This document shows, piece by piece, positions 29,745 to 39,552 of a DNA stretch of 64,000 bases. The DNA is from Candidatus Poribacteria bacterium (GTDB taxonomy: Bacteria; Poribacteria; WGA-4E; PCPOR2b), in contig OZ242326.1 in the NCBI GenBank assembly GCA_965208325.1, positions 1,856,001 to 1,920,000 on the forward strand, written 5' to 3'. Every line of letters starts with the position of its first letter. Position 1 is the first letter of the stretch. A program made the position numbers and the translations under genes. The notes below the pieces were generated by a model. The model worked only from the letters and a program-made list of their open reading frames with translations. It was not told the origin of the DNA and ran no database searches.

Positions 29745-29852
29745 TGCCCTGCGGCATTAACCGGGGGATTATGCAGTAACTTCTCACGGGGCGGCTGCGG
29801 TTGATGAAGCCCAACCCAGCTCGGGAGCGATTGGAGAATTGAATACTAAGCG
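29745..29852 (+). pseudogene. remnant of an hsdS 3' end
   Basis: Reads GINRGIMQ*LLTGRLRLMKP versus AIKRGMMQQLLTGRVRLVKS in the intact hsdS. Confidence 0.75.
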
Positions 29853-30049
29853 GTCCTATGTATGAAGATATAAAACTAAAATACACATTTACAATCGACT
29901 CCGTTTTTAATACCTCCTGCCAAGGAATTAAGAGCTATCTTATAGATAGACCTCGAATCCCCATAACCAAATGTACCCGTCGACTAAAAAACGCCTACTA
30001 AAGAATCCTTAAGGACAACACGAGCGTTTCTTAAAGCGTTAGGAAGTGT

Positions 30050-30523
30050 ATGAATATTACATTTTCGGATCAGGAAATTGAAGCGTTGATACAGGAACGC
30101 AAAGTTTTACCCAATAACTGGTATGGGCAATTCTCCACAAAAAGGAAGCGTCGTCACAAGGAACGACATCTAGATGTGATTGGTGAAGCGGAGAATGAAT
30201 TTCACGTCATAATCAGGGAAAACCAAGTTAATCAGTTAGACTTTTCAGTCATTTTAGCGGTTCGTATTCCCGAATCAAGCAGAAGTTTCCGCCTTCGTCG
30301 CTACAACGGCGGGAGCCACGAACATACCAACCAGATTGAAAAAGTAAGGTTTCACGGCTTCCACATTCATTACGCGACAGAACAATATCAGCAGAAGGGA
30401 CTAGCAGAGGACTTGTATGCAGAACCAACAAACCGCTATACTGACGTTAATGGCGCCCTTCAGTGTCTGATTGTCGACGCAAATTTCGAAGAATCGAATG
30501 AGTTGCAGGGCACTCTATTTTAG
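30050..30523 (+). CDS. hypothetical protein (His-rich HxN..HxH motif, DUF6978-like)
   Basis: AGGAAG RBS; LRRYNG.SHEHTN..FHIHYAT; ends in QGTLF. Confidence 0.75.
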   Translation: MNITFSDQEIEALIQERKVLPNNWYGQFSTKRKRRHKERHLDVIGEAENEFHVIIRENQVNQLDFSVILAVRIPESSRSFRLRRYNGGSHEHTNQIEKVRFHGFHIHYATEQYQQKGLAEDLYAEPTNRYTDVNGALQCLIVDANFEESNELQGTLF

Positions 30524-30535
30524 GAGGCGTAAGCA

Positions 30536-31306
30536 ATGTCCATCAATACCATAGAACAAGACTTCATGGCTAAGGTCTCGGCAGAGGTTCGACTTTCAGC
30601 CGAGGACAGCGAGCGTTTCCGTGTGTTTACCCCTTTCATGTTTGAGGACGGCGATCACTTCGTCATTGTCCTGAAAAAAGACGGTAATCGGTGGATACTC
30701 ACCGACGAAGCACATACCTTCATGCACCTCACCTACGACATTGATGAAAAGCTGCTTCATCGTGGTACGCGCCGGGAGATTATTTCTAAAGCGCTCTCCA
30801 TGTTCGAGGTGGAGGACCGCAATGGCGAGCTAATACTTGAAATACAAGATGGGTGTTACGGCGAGGCCCTTTTTTCCTTTGCTCAGGCAATTCTCAAGAT
30901 AGCCGACGTGTCGTACTTGACAAGAGAAAGAGTACAATCTACGTTTATGGAAGATTTTCACGCGTTGTTGCATGAAAAAGTGCCAAAACAGCGCATGAGT
31001 TTCAACTGGTGTCCTCGAGAATATGATACTAATGGAATATATGCGGTAGATTGTCGAATCAACGGAATGCCTGAACCGCTCTTCGTTTACGCCCTCCATA
31101 GTAACACTAGGGTCAGAGACGCCATAATTGCACTGCAACGGTTCAAGGCGTGGGAGATGCCATTTCAACCGCTGGGCATTTTTGAGGATAGGGAGAAAAA
31201 CACTCGCAAGGTATTGGCATGTTTCGACGCGGTGTGCGAAAAGCAGTTTCACAAGTTTTACGAAAACCAAGAAGAGATTGGAGTTTATCTAAGTCAGTAC
31301 ATCTGA
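30536..31306 (+). CDS. DUF1828/DUF1829-like protein
   Basis: VFTPFMFEDGDHFVIVL..WILTDEAHT N-terminal motif; AGGAGG RBS. Confidence 0.75.
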   Translation: MSINTIEQDFMAKVSAEVRLSAEDSERFRVFTPFMFEDGDHFVIVLKKDGNRWILTDEAHTFMHLTYDIDEKLLHRGTRREIISKALSMFEVEDRNGELILEIQDGCYGEALFSFAQAILKIADVSYLTRERVQSTFMEDFHALLHEKVPKQRMSFNWCPREYDTNGIYAVDCRINGMPEPLFVYALHSNTRVRDAIIALQRFKAWEMPFQPLGIFEDREKNTRKVLACFDAVCEKQFHKFYENQEEIGVYLSQYI

Positions 31307-31355
31307 GGATTCCCCGATCAACAGCAACATGGTGGAACCGGTTTGAAGGAGATTC

Positions 31356-32912
31356 ATGATTGAGAAGCGGTTAAGAAACCTCTGGGGCCAGTTACAAAGT
31401 AAGAAACCGCATCTGCCGCATTTTCTGTCAGAAATAAGCTTGGATGGTATCCGTGGATTTAGTGATTTAAGGGTGCGATTCGATTACCCAGTGAGCGTAA
31501 TTGCCGGAGGAAACGCTACGGGCAAGTCAACGGTACTCTTTACGGCTGCGTGTGCCTATAAGGTGACAGGCGCCGGTGTTAAAGATTTCGTGCCCTCCTC
31601 TTTATTCCCGGATTACCACCCCAAGGTCGGCGGACGCAAAGACATGCGGCAGACGGTCACGATGGATTTCTATTACCAAACACCTGACGGAATTGCTTCC
31701 ATGCGGTGGCGGCGCGGCAAAGGCTGGAATCGGAGTTATTTTGGCCGCAAAAACGCCAGTCAGCCCGAGCGGCAGGTCTATCTCAGAACGCTCAGCAATC
31801 TGAGTAATCCGTCAGAGGTACGCGGCGTTCTCAACATGTCGCGCCTGAAGACCAAACCTGAAGAGACTCCCTTGACGGCACTAGAGATTGAATTTGCCCA
31901 TCAGATGCTTCCTTTCAGATATTCTGAGGTGGTAAATTTGTCCAGCGGCAAGAAAAATCTCCTCTTTGCCTCGCAAGAAGGCGGGGCGGCTTACTCCGAG
32001 TTGCACATGGCGGCTGGGGAACGGGCAATTCTGCGGTTATCGAAAGAAATTACAAAACTCGAAGGCGTGTTGGTGCTGATTGACGAGGTGGAAGCGGGGC
32101 TGCATCCTTGGGTGCAGCAGTTACTCATGGTGCATTTGCAGCAGTTGGCACTTCGCCAAGATCTTCAGATTATTGTGACATCCCACAGTCCCGTGGTTCT
32201 CGAATCAGTTCCGTCAAATGGGAGAATTTTTCTCGACCGAGATGAGTTATCGGGTGAGGTCGTTGTGCGACCCGCATACCGCGATTTAATCCAGAATGCG
32301 CTCTATGGACGCATCAATGAGGAGTTCAAACTTCTTTGTGAAGACGAGATTGCTGAAGGTGTTTTGCAAGGCATATTCGACGTTTTGGTACCTGAAGAGG
32401 GAATCAGTATGGATTCGGTTCGCATCGGACGGGACACAGGAGCAGACCAATTTCCTGTACATGCCGAGACTTTAAGTAAATTCGGTCAGATTCAAGACAC
32501 CGTCTTCATTCTTGACGGCGATCAGCGCGGCGGGGAAACACCGGGCAGGATACAGAATGCGGCTGGACCTGGTACAAATATTCCAATTCTGTTTCTTCCT
32601 GGCAAAGAGGCGCCGGAGAGTTGGGTATGGGAAAGGCTGCGGCATATTCCTGAAGAGGATGCGTCACAACTGGGCTTAAATCGGGCAAGCCTGTCCAACG
32701 TCATACGCAAGTTGGATGCCATCTATGACTCGGCATCTGACAGCGCTTCAGAAATAGCGAAGAACAAATTCCGGAGTCTGTCCGAAAGTCTTCGTAGAGA
32801 GGCGCCGGAAATTTGTCGAATCGTCGCACGGTTGGAAGCAGATCGGAATGCGAGTGACATTCAACCGCTCGTTGGAGATTTACGCGGAATTCTAAGACTG
32901 TGGCGCGGGTAA
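31356..32912 (+). CDS. ABC-type ATPase fused to a TOPRIM-like domain (OLD-like ATP-dependent nuclease)
   Basis: GGNATGKST, MAAGE signature, LIDEVEAGLHP, VTSHSP; C-terminal LCEDE and LDGD acidic motifs. Confidence 0.82.
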   Translation: MIEKRLRNLWGQLQSKKPHLPHFLSEISLDGIRGFSDLRVRFDYPVSVIAGGNATGKSTVLFTAACAYKVTGAGVKDFVPSSLFPDYHPKVGGRKDMRQTVTMDFYYQTPDGIASMRWRRGKGWNRSYFGRKNASQPERQVYLRTLSNLSNPSEVRGVLNMSRLKTKPEETPLTALEIEFAHQMLPFRYSEVVNLSSGKKNLLFASQEGGAAYSELHMAAGERAILRLSKEITKLEGVLVLIDEVEAGLHPWVQQLLMVHLQQLALRQDLQIIVTSHSPVVLESVPSNGRIFLDRDELSGEVVVRPAYRDLIQNALYGRINEEFKLLCEDEIAEGVLQGIFDVLVPEEGISMDSVRIGRDTGADQFPVHAETLSKFGQIQDTVFILDGDQRGGETPGRIQNAAGPGTNIPILFLPGKEAPESWVWERLRHIPEEDASQLGLNRASLSNVIRKLDAIYDSASDSASEIAKNKFRSLSESLRREAPEICRIVARLEADRNASDIQPLVGDLRGILRLWRG

Positions 32913-32930
32913 TCCGATGGAATTAGGGAC

Positions 32931-35900
32931 ATGAACACGGTAGGAAAAAAGGAATTCTTAACACAGCAGCGCGTGATTTCATTTTTCGTTCGCGAGCTCG
33001 GCTACGGCGGTCTTGGCAATCGCAAGGATCTTCCTAACAATAGCAACATTGAGACTGAGATTCTGACCAAATGGCTGAACAAGCATGGGTACAACGAACA
33101 AATTATTGAGAGGGCTTTATTTGAGGTAGACAAGGCTGCCGCGGTCGTCGGGAGCAGAAAGCTCTTTGACGCGAACCGAGAGGTTTACGGCTTGCTACGG
33201 TACGGAGTGAAGATCCAACCCGATGTGGGTGAACACCACCAGACCGTCCGCCTGATAGACTGGAAAAACCCGGACAACAACGACTTCGGCATCGCGGAAG
33301 AGGTAACCGTTTCCGGGGAAAACGACAAGCGGCCCGATATTGTGCTCTACATCAACGGAATTGCGATCGGAGTGCTGGAGTTAAAGCGTTCGACGGTGTC
33401 GGTTTCCGAGGGAATCCGACAAAACCTCGACAACCAGAAGCCGGAATTTATCCGCCCGTTCTTTTCGACGGTGCAACTCATCATGGCGGGGAACGAGACC
33501 GAAGGGCTGCGCTACGGCGTGATTGAGACCTCTGAGAAGCACTGGCTGCGATGGAAGGAAACCGACGAAATTGACGACCACGACCGCCCTTTGTTTCGCG
33601 AGTTGCGCCAATTCTGCAGCAGGGAACGGATGCTTGAAATTCTGCACGATTTTATCGTTTTTGATGCCGGAACCAAAAAAATCTGCCGGCATAATCAGTT
33701 TTTCGGCGTGAAATCCGCGCAGGCGCGCGTCAAGAAGCGAGAGGGCGGTGTCATTTGGCATACCCAGGGCAGCGGTAAGAGCCTGACAATGGTCTGGCTG
33801 GCGAAATGGATTCGCGAAAACGTGACCAACAGCCGCGTACTGATAATCACAGACCGCACCGAACTGGATGAACAGATTGAAAGGGTTTTCAAAGGTGTCA
33901 ACGAGGACATCCACCGCACTCGGAGCGGTCCTGACTTGGCAGCGACGCTCGCTGACCCGGCAAAATGGTTGATTTGTTCGTTAATGCAGAAGTTCGGCAG
34001 ATCGGGGGAAATCAGCGACGACGATGTGGATAGATACGTCAAGGAATTCAAACAGAATCTGCCGGCCGATTTTCACGTCCGCGGCGAGGTATTCGTCTTT
34101 GTGGATGAATGCCACCGCACGCAGTCGGGCAAACTGCATAGGGCGATGAAGACTATTCTGCCGGGGGCAATGTTAATCGGCTTCACGGGTACGCCGCTGC
34201 TCAAGCAGGACAAATCTCAAAGTATCGAAACTTTCGGCACCTACATTCATACCTACAAGTACGACGAGGCGGTTGAAGACAACGTGGTGCTTGACCTGCG
34301 CTATGAGGCGCGGGATATTGACCAGCACATCACATCGCAGGAACAGATTGATGAATGGTTCGATCTCAATACGCGCGGGTTGGCTGACGTGCCGAAGGCG
34401 CAGCTAAGACAGCGTTGGGGCACGATGCAGAAAGTTTTGAGTTCACAGGAGAGATTGAACCGGATTGTCGCAGATATTCTGATGGACATGGAGAGACGCG
34501 ATCGTTTAATGAGCGGCCGCGGCAACGCAATGCTAATATCCGACAGCATCTTCTCGGCATGCCGGTTTTTTGAGTTGTTTCAGGGAACGCCGCTGCAGGG
34601 CAAATGCGCTATCGTGACCTCTTACGATCCGTCCGTGTCTGACATCAAGGGAGAGGAAACGGGCGAGGGAGAGACGGATAAACAGTTCAAATTCCACACT
34701 TACCGAAAGATGCTCGCGCAACACTTTAACGAACCGGAAAACGCCGCGCTGAACAGGGCGAAACAATTTGAGGGTGAGGTCAAGAAGCGTTTTGTCGAGG
34801 AGCCGGAACAGATGAAACTGCTGATTGTCGTGGACAAGCTGTTAACTGGTTTCGACGCTCCGCCGGCGACATATCTCTACATTGATAAGCACATGCAGGA
34901 CCACGGCTTGTTTCAGGCAATCTGCCGAGTCAACCGCCTCCACGGCGAAGACAAGGAATACGGCTACATCATCGACTATAAAGACCTGTTCCGCACCCTA
35001 AACAAGGCAATCTCGGACTACACCGGAGAAGCCTTCGCCGGCTATGATACCGAAGACGTAAAAGGGTTGTTGGAAAACCGCCTTGAGAAAGCGCGGGAGC
35101 GGCTTGAGGAGGCACGCGAGGCCGTCAAGGCGCTCTGCGAACCGGTCGAACCGCCTCGCGACAGCGCGGCATATTCGCGTTACTTCTGCGCCGCCGAGAG
35201 CGGCAACGAGGCGCAGCTAAAAGCCAACGAGCAGAAACGCTTAAACCTTTACAAACTGGTTGCTGCATTACTGCGCGCCTATGCCAATCTGGCAAACGAG
35301 ATGAGTGAAGCGGGTTTTAGCGACGCGGCGGCAGAGGAAATCAAAGACGAAGTCGATCACTACGAGACGGTGCGTCAGGAGGTCAAGCTGGCGAGCGGCG
35401 ATTATATCGACCTGAAAATGTATGAGCCTGATATGCGCCATCTGTTGGATGCCTACATCAGGGCGGAGGAGAGCAGGACGCTCTCCGAGTTCGATGATCT
35501 GACGCTCGTGGATTTAATCGTCAAGCGCGGCGAAGGCGCTGTTGAGGCATTCCCCGGCGGGTTGAAGGGGAATCCTAAAGCGGCGGCAGCAACGATTGAC
35601 AACAACGTCCGCCGGTTGATTATCGACCGGACACCGGTCAATCCCATATACTATGAGGAGATGTCAAAGCTGCTTGATGCGCTAATCCAACAGCGCAAAC
35701 AGGAAGCAATTGAATACCAAACCTATCTGTCCCGCATTGTCGAATTGACGAAGCAGATTGATACATACGGCGCCCAGTCACCTTATCCGCCTGAAATCAA
35801 AAACGGAGCGCAGCGGGCATTATTCGACAACATAAAAATAACCAACATGTCGGAAATTGCAGAGACGCTAGGCCAGAACGAGAGCCCTCTCAGCCGAGAA

Positions 35901-36092
35901 ATCAGGGGGCAGATGTCAATTGCAGTAGACGAGGCTATTCTCAATTCAAGAGAGGATGATTGGAGAGGACATAGACTCAAAGAACGGAAAATACACAGGG
36001 CAATGGCTCGGGTCATCGCGGAAGAATTTGGCGATTACACTGTTGACGTTGATTCGCTCTTTGAGATTGTGAAAAAGCAGCGTGAGTATTGA
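32931..36092 (+). CDS. hsdR: type I restriction endonuclease subunit R
   Basis: RPDIVLYINGI..ELK, WHTQGSGKS, VDECHR, GFTGTP, KLLTGFDAP, QAICRVNR. Confidence 0.95.
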   Translation: MNTVGKKEFLTQQRVISFFVRELGYGGLGNRKDLPNNSNIETEILTKWLNKHGYNEQIIERALFEVDKAAAVVGSRKLFDANREVYGLLRYGVKIQPDVGEHHQTVRLIDWKNPDNNDFGIAEEVTVSGENDKRPDIVLYINGIAIGVLELKRSTVSVSEGIRQNLDNQKPEFIRPFFSTVQLIMAGNETEGLRYGVIETSEKHWLRWKETDEIDDHDRPLFRELRQFCSRERMLEILHDFIVFDAGTKKICRHNQFFGVKSAQARVKKREGGVIWHTQGSGKSLTMVWLAKWIRENVTNSRVLIITDRTELDEQIERVFKGVNEDIHRTRSGPDLAATLADPAKWLICSLMQKFGRSGEISDDDVDRYVKEFKQNLPADFHVRGEVFVFVDECHRTQSGKLHRAMKTILPGAMLIGFTGTPLLKQDKSQSIETFGTYIHTYKYDEAVEDNVVLDLRYEARDIDQHITSQEQIDEWFDLNTRGLADVPKAQLRQRWGTMQKVLSSQERLNRIVADILMDMERRDRLMSGRGNAMLISDSIFSACRFFELFQGTPLQGKCAIVTSYDPSVSDIKGEETGEGETDKQFKFHTYRKMLAQHFNEPENAALNRAKQFEGEVKKRFVEEPEQMKLLIVVDKLLTGFDAPPATYLYIDKHMQDHGLFQAICRVNRLHGEDKEYGYIIDYKDLFRTLNKAISDYTGEAFAGYDTEDVKGLLENRLEKARERLEEAREAVKALCEPVEPPRDSAAYSRYFCAAESGNEAQLKANEQKRLNLYKLVAALLRAYANLANEMSEAGFSDAAAEEIKDEVDHYETVRQEVKLASGDYIDLKMYEPDMRHLLDAYIRAEESRTLSEFDDLTLVDLIVKRGEGAVEAFPGGLKGNPKAAAATIDNNVRRLIIDRTPVNPIYYEEMSKLLDALIQQRKQEAIEYQTYLSRIVELTKQIDTYGAQSPYPPEIKNGAQRALFDNIKITNMSEIAETLGQNESPLSREIRGQMSIAVDEAILNSREDDWRGHRLKERKIHRAMARVIAEEFGDYTVDVDSLFEIVKKQREY

Positions 36093-36816
36093 GATTGACG
36101 GCGGAAGTATAGAAGTTGCGGGGATACCGGTAGAAATCGTTCGCAAGGACATCAAAAACCTGCATGTCGGTGTATATCCACCGAGTGGGCGGGTTCGGGT
36201 AGCGGCGCCATTGCGCCTTGATGATGAGGCGGTGCGGCTCGCCCTGATTTCACGCCTTGGATGGATTCGACGCAAACAGGCGGAGTTTCAACAACAGGTG
36301 CGTCAATCTCAGCGCGAGTTCGTTACCGGCGAAAGCCACTATTTTGATGGACGGCGTTACCGGCTGGATGTAATCGAGCGAGACGCACCGCCAACGGTTA
36401 AACCACGAAACAACACGATACTTGAATTGGGAGTCCGCCCGAACACTGACTGGAAAGCGCGGGAAGCGGTGATTCATCGTTGGTATCGCCGCCACCTGCG
36501 TAACCAGTTGCCGCCACTCATCGGAAAATGGGAATCTAAGCTGGACGTGACCGTCGAAGACGCGCGAATCAAGAAGATGAAAACGCTTTGGGGCTCCTGT
36601 AACGTTGAGGCGAAACGGATATGGCTCAACCTTGAACTGGCAAAGAAACCGAAGTCATGCCTTGTGTACATCCTTGTGCACGAAATGGTGCATCTGCATG
36701 AGCGTCAGCATAACGACCGGTTTCACGAGTTGATGGACAAGTTTCTACCACAATGGCGCAGCTATCGGAATGAACTCAACCGTGCGCCGCTTGCCCATGA
36801 AGAGTGGCGGTATTGA
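36082..36816 (+). CDS. M48/SprT-like metallopeptidase (YgjP/DUF45 family)
   Basis: MKTLWGSCN, VHEMVHL..HNDRF; typical position after hsdR. Confidence 0.88.
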   Translation: MSIEIDGGSIEVAGIPVEIVRKDIKNLHVGVYPPSGRVRVAAPLRLDDEAVRLALISRLGWIRRKQAEFQQQVRQSQREFVTGESHYFDGRRYRLDVIERDAPPTVKPRNNTILELGVRPNTDWKAREAVIHRWYRRHLRNQLPPLIGKWESKLDVTVEDARIKKMKTLWGSCNVEAKRIWLNLELAKKPKSCLVYILVHEMVHLHERQHNDRFHELMDKFLPQWRSYRNELNRAPLAHEEWRY

Positions 36817-36844
36817 ATACAATCGGTGTCACAACGGCGACTAA

Positions 36845-37265
36845 CCGGAGCGTGGTGGGATTGAATGGTGGGGTGGGATTGTCTGAACTGTGATTCGTGT
36901 GATTAAATGATGGGCTATGATTAGGGGAGCACATTGTCATTCGGTGTTGGCAGCTTTTGTGGGTTGGTAAGGCCAACAGCCAAAGGCAGTGTTTTTGGTA
37001 GTCGCGAGGTTTAAATGCTGAAGACTATCGCCTTCGCTATTCGCTCAGTTGATCGTTGGGTTTCGCTACACACTATTAGTAATGAGCAATGATTAGCGTA
37101 CTGAATGGTTAATTCAATCTGAACAGTTCCGGAATTATCCGCTCTACCCAACCTACATGAACTTGTCCACGAACTAAGATTAGGAGAAACCGAGTTTTGA
37201 AGAAAAAACTCGGTTTCAAATGAGTGCCGTGATTCGGAGATGGGGCTTAGCGAACTTACAAGAAC
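36845..37265. repeat. mosaic repeat region (42-bp family, CCGCTCTACCCAACCTAC, GAAACCGAGTTTT..AAAACTCGGTTTC)
   Basis: Direct matches to 24881-24922, 38423-38665 and 56.4-58.1 kb. Confidence 0.85.
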
Positions 37266-37291
37266 TGGTATCTTAGTGAAATGATAATATT

Positions 37292-38257
37292 ATGCGCAGA
37301 GTGACGATTACGACGCCAGCCCGACTTCACTTTGCCCTTATTGATCTCAACGGTGCATTGGGTAGGATTGACGGCAGCATCGGACTGGCAATTGACGAGC
37401 CGAATTTTCAGATAGAGGCTGAACCGTCGAACCATGTGCAGGTCGAATCCGTTCATTATCAAGAACGCGCGCGCGGCGTTGTCGAACGGCTGCAGGCGAA
37501 ATTTGGGATAGGCGGGGTTAATCTCAAATTCCGATCCGAAATTCCCTATCACTCCGGATTCGGCTCCGGTACGCAGTTGGCTTTAGGGATTGCCCAGTCG
37601 GTGAACCTTCTGTATGACCTAGATTTAAGCGTGACGGAATTAGCGAGCGCAGTCGGGCGCGGCGGGACCTCGGGAATCGGGGTTGCGGCATTTGAGGGCG
37701 GCGGATTCATCGTAGACGGCGGGCATTCGTACCCGGACCAGAAATCCTCTTTTCTGCCGTCTTCGGCAGCGGAGCAGACGCCACCGCCGCCTACGCTCCT
37801 GCGCCATCCCTTCCCCGACTGGGATGTGCTCATCACCGTTCCAAATTGCACGCGGATAGCGGGTCTAACCGAGGTCAATCTCTTTCAGAAACTGTGTCCT
37901 CAACCCCGATCCACGGCTGAACAACTCTCCCACCTAATTCTGCTCAGACTTTTGCCAGCGATTTTCGAAGAAAATCTGGATGCATTCGGGGAAGCTGTCA
38001 ATTCCATTCAAAAATTTGGATGGAAGCAGGTCGAAATTGACGCGCAAGGCGAGGTACTGCGACAGACGCTGAATTTCTTATTGGACAACGGCGCAGTTGG
38101 TGCCGGCGTTAGCAGTTGGGGACCGGCGATTTTTGCATTCGGAGAAAATTTGATCGAATTGCGGGAAAAAACGCAAGCGTACGTTAAAGGCACGGCAGCC
38201 GGGGGGACTTGCTTCATTACGAAGGCGAATAATACAGGTGCGGGAGTTGAGATTTGA
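37292..38257 (+). CDS. beta-ribofuranosylaminobenzene 5'-phosphate (RFAP) synthase, GHMP kinase family
   Basis: TPARLHFALIDLNG..GRIDG, HSGFGSGTQLAL, GRGGTSGIG..FIVDGGH, SSWGP. Confidence 0.85.
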   Translation: MRRVTITTPARLHFALIDLNGALGRIDGSIGLAIDEPNFQIEAEPSNHVQVESVHYQERARGVVERLQAKFGIGGVNLKFRSEIPYHSGFGSGTQLALGIAQSVNLLYDLDLSVTELASAVGRGGTSGIGVAAFEGGGFIVDGGHSYPDQKSSFLPSSAAEQTPPPPTLLRHPFPDWDVLITVPNCTRIAGLTEVNLFQKLCPQPRSTAEQLSHLILLRLLPAIFEENLDAFGEAVNSIQKFGWKQVEIDAQGEVLRQTLNFLLDNGAVGAGVSSWGPAIFAFGENLIELREKTQAYVKGTAAGGTCFITKANNTGAGVEI

Positions 38258-38269
38258 ATTTGCGGTTGA

Positions 38270-39465
38270 ACGCTTAATACAACCTACAAGAACTTTGGAA
38301 GAACTATAAAAACTATCGCCTTCCCTATTCGGTCAGTTGATCCTCCTTCGTAAGGAGGGGGATGGAAGAGAGGAAGAAAAAACTGTCTTAACTGGGATTT
38401 GAGTGATTAAGAGAGCAAATAATTGGTGGTCGCGAGGTTTTAATGCTGAAGACCGTAGGAAAACTATCGCCCTCCCTATTCGGTCGGTTGATCGTTGGGT
38501 TTCGCTACACACTATTGGTAATGAGCAATGATTAGCGTACTGACCGGGCAGTGTTATCGGAACGGTTTCGGAATTTACCGCTCTACCCAACTTACAAGAA
38601 CTTGTCCACGCACTAAGATTAGGAGAAACCGAGTTTTGAAGAAAAAACTTGGTTTGAAATGAGGGTTGAGATTCGGTGTGTGCGGTTGAAATGAGCGCGG
38701 CAAGATGCCGCGCCTACGGGCGAAGGGTGTAGGTGGGGCAAGATGCCGCGCGTATTACCTAGGTGTGGCAAATTACGTTGCAAACGGTGGATATGTGCGG
38801 GGTGTGGCAATGTTGAAGAAACCGAGTTTTGAAGAAAAAACTCGGTTTTAAATGAGGGGCGAGATGCGGTACGTGCGGTTGATATAAGCGCGGCAAGATG
38901 CCGCGCCTACGGGCGAAGGGTGTAGGTGGGGCAAGATGCCGCGCGTATTACCTAGGTGTGGCAAATTACGTTGCAAACGGTGGATATGTGCGGGGTGTGG
39001 CAATGTTGAAGAAACCGAGTTTTGAAGAAAAAACTCGGTTTTAAATGAGGGGCGAGATGCGGTACGTGCGGTTGATATAAGCGCGGCAAGATGCCGCGCC
39101 TACACATCCCACCCCGTAGGCGCGGCGTCTCGCCGCGCGTATTTCTTAGGTGCGGCAAATTGCGTTGCAAACGGTAGATATGTGTGGGGTGTGGCAATGT
39201 TGAAGAAACCGAGTTTTGAAGAAAAAACTCGGTTTAGAATGAGGGCGAGATGCGGTACGTGCGGTTGAAATAAGCGCGGCAAGATGCCGCGCCTACGGGG
39301 GAAAGGTGTAAGTGCGGCATCTTGCCGCGCAGACTTCCTGCGTGTGGGAAGTTGCGTTGCAAACGTTGGATTTGTGCGGGGTATGGCAATGTTGAAGAAA
39401 CCGAGTTTTGAAGAAAAAACTCGGTTTCAAATGAGTGCCGCGAATCGGAGATTGCGCCTACAGAA
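38270..39465. repeat. composite REP array, ~193-bp period
   Basis: Palindrome GAAACCGAGTTTTGAAGAAAAAACTCGGTTT at 38625, 38818, 39011, 39205 and 39397, interleaved with REP doublets. Confidence 0.9.
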
Positions 39466-39552
39466 GAAAGAACCTCCTTTCTCGTTGGTATGGCGGGGGA
39501 GGATGGATAACCGGTCGTTGGCAAGTATGGGTGGATAAAATTTGAGGGGCTT

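Noticed and set aside
31356..32912. Assignment to Gabija, PARIS, Septu or a retron
   Set aside because: The required partners (UvrD helicase, separate AriB or HNH gene, reverse transcriptase with ncRNA) are not present; a fused PARIS-like identity cannot be excluded without HMMs
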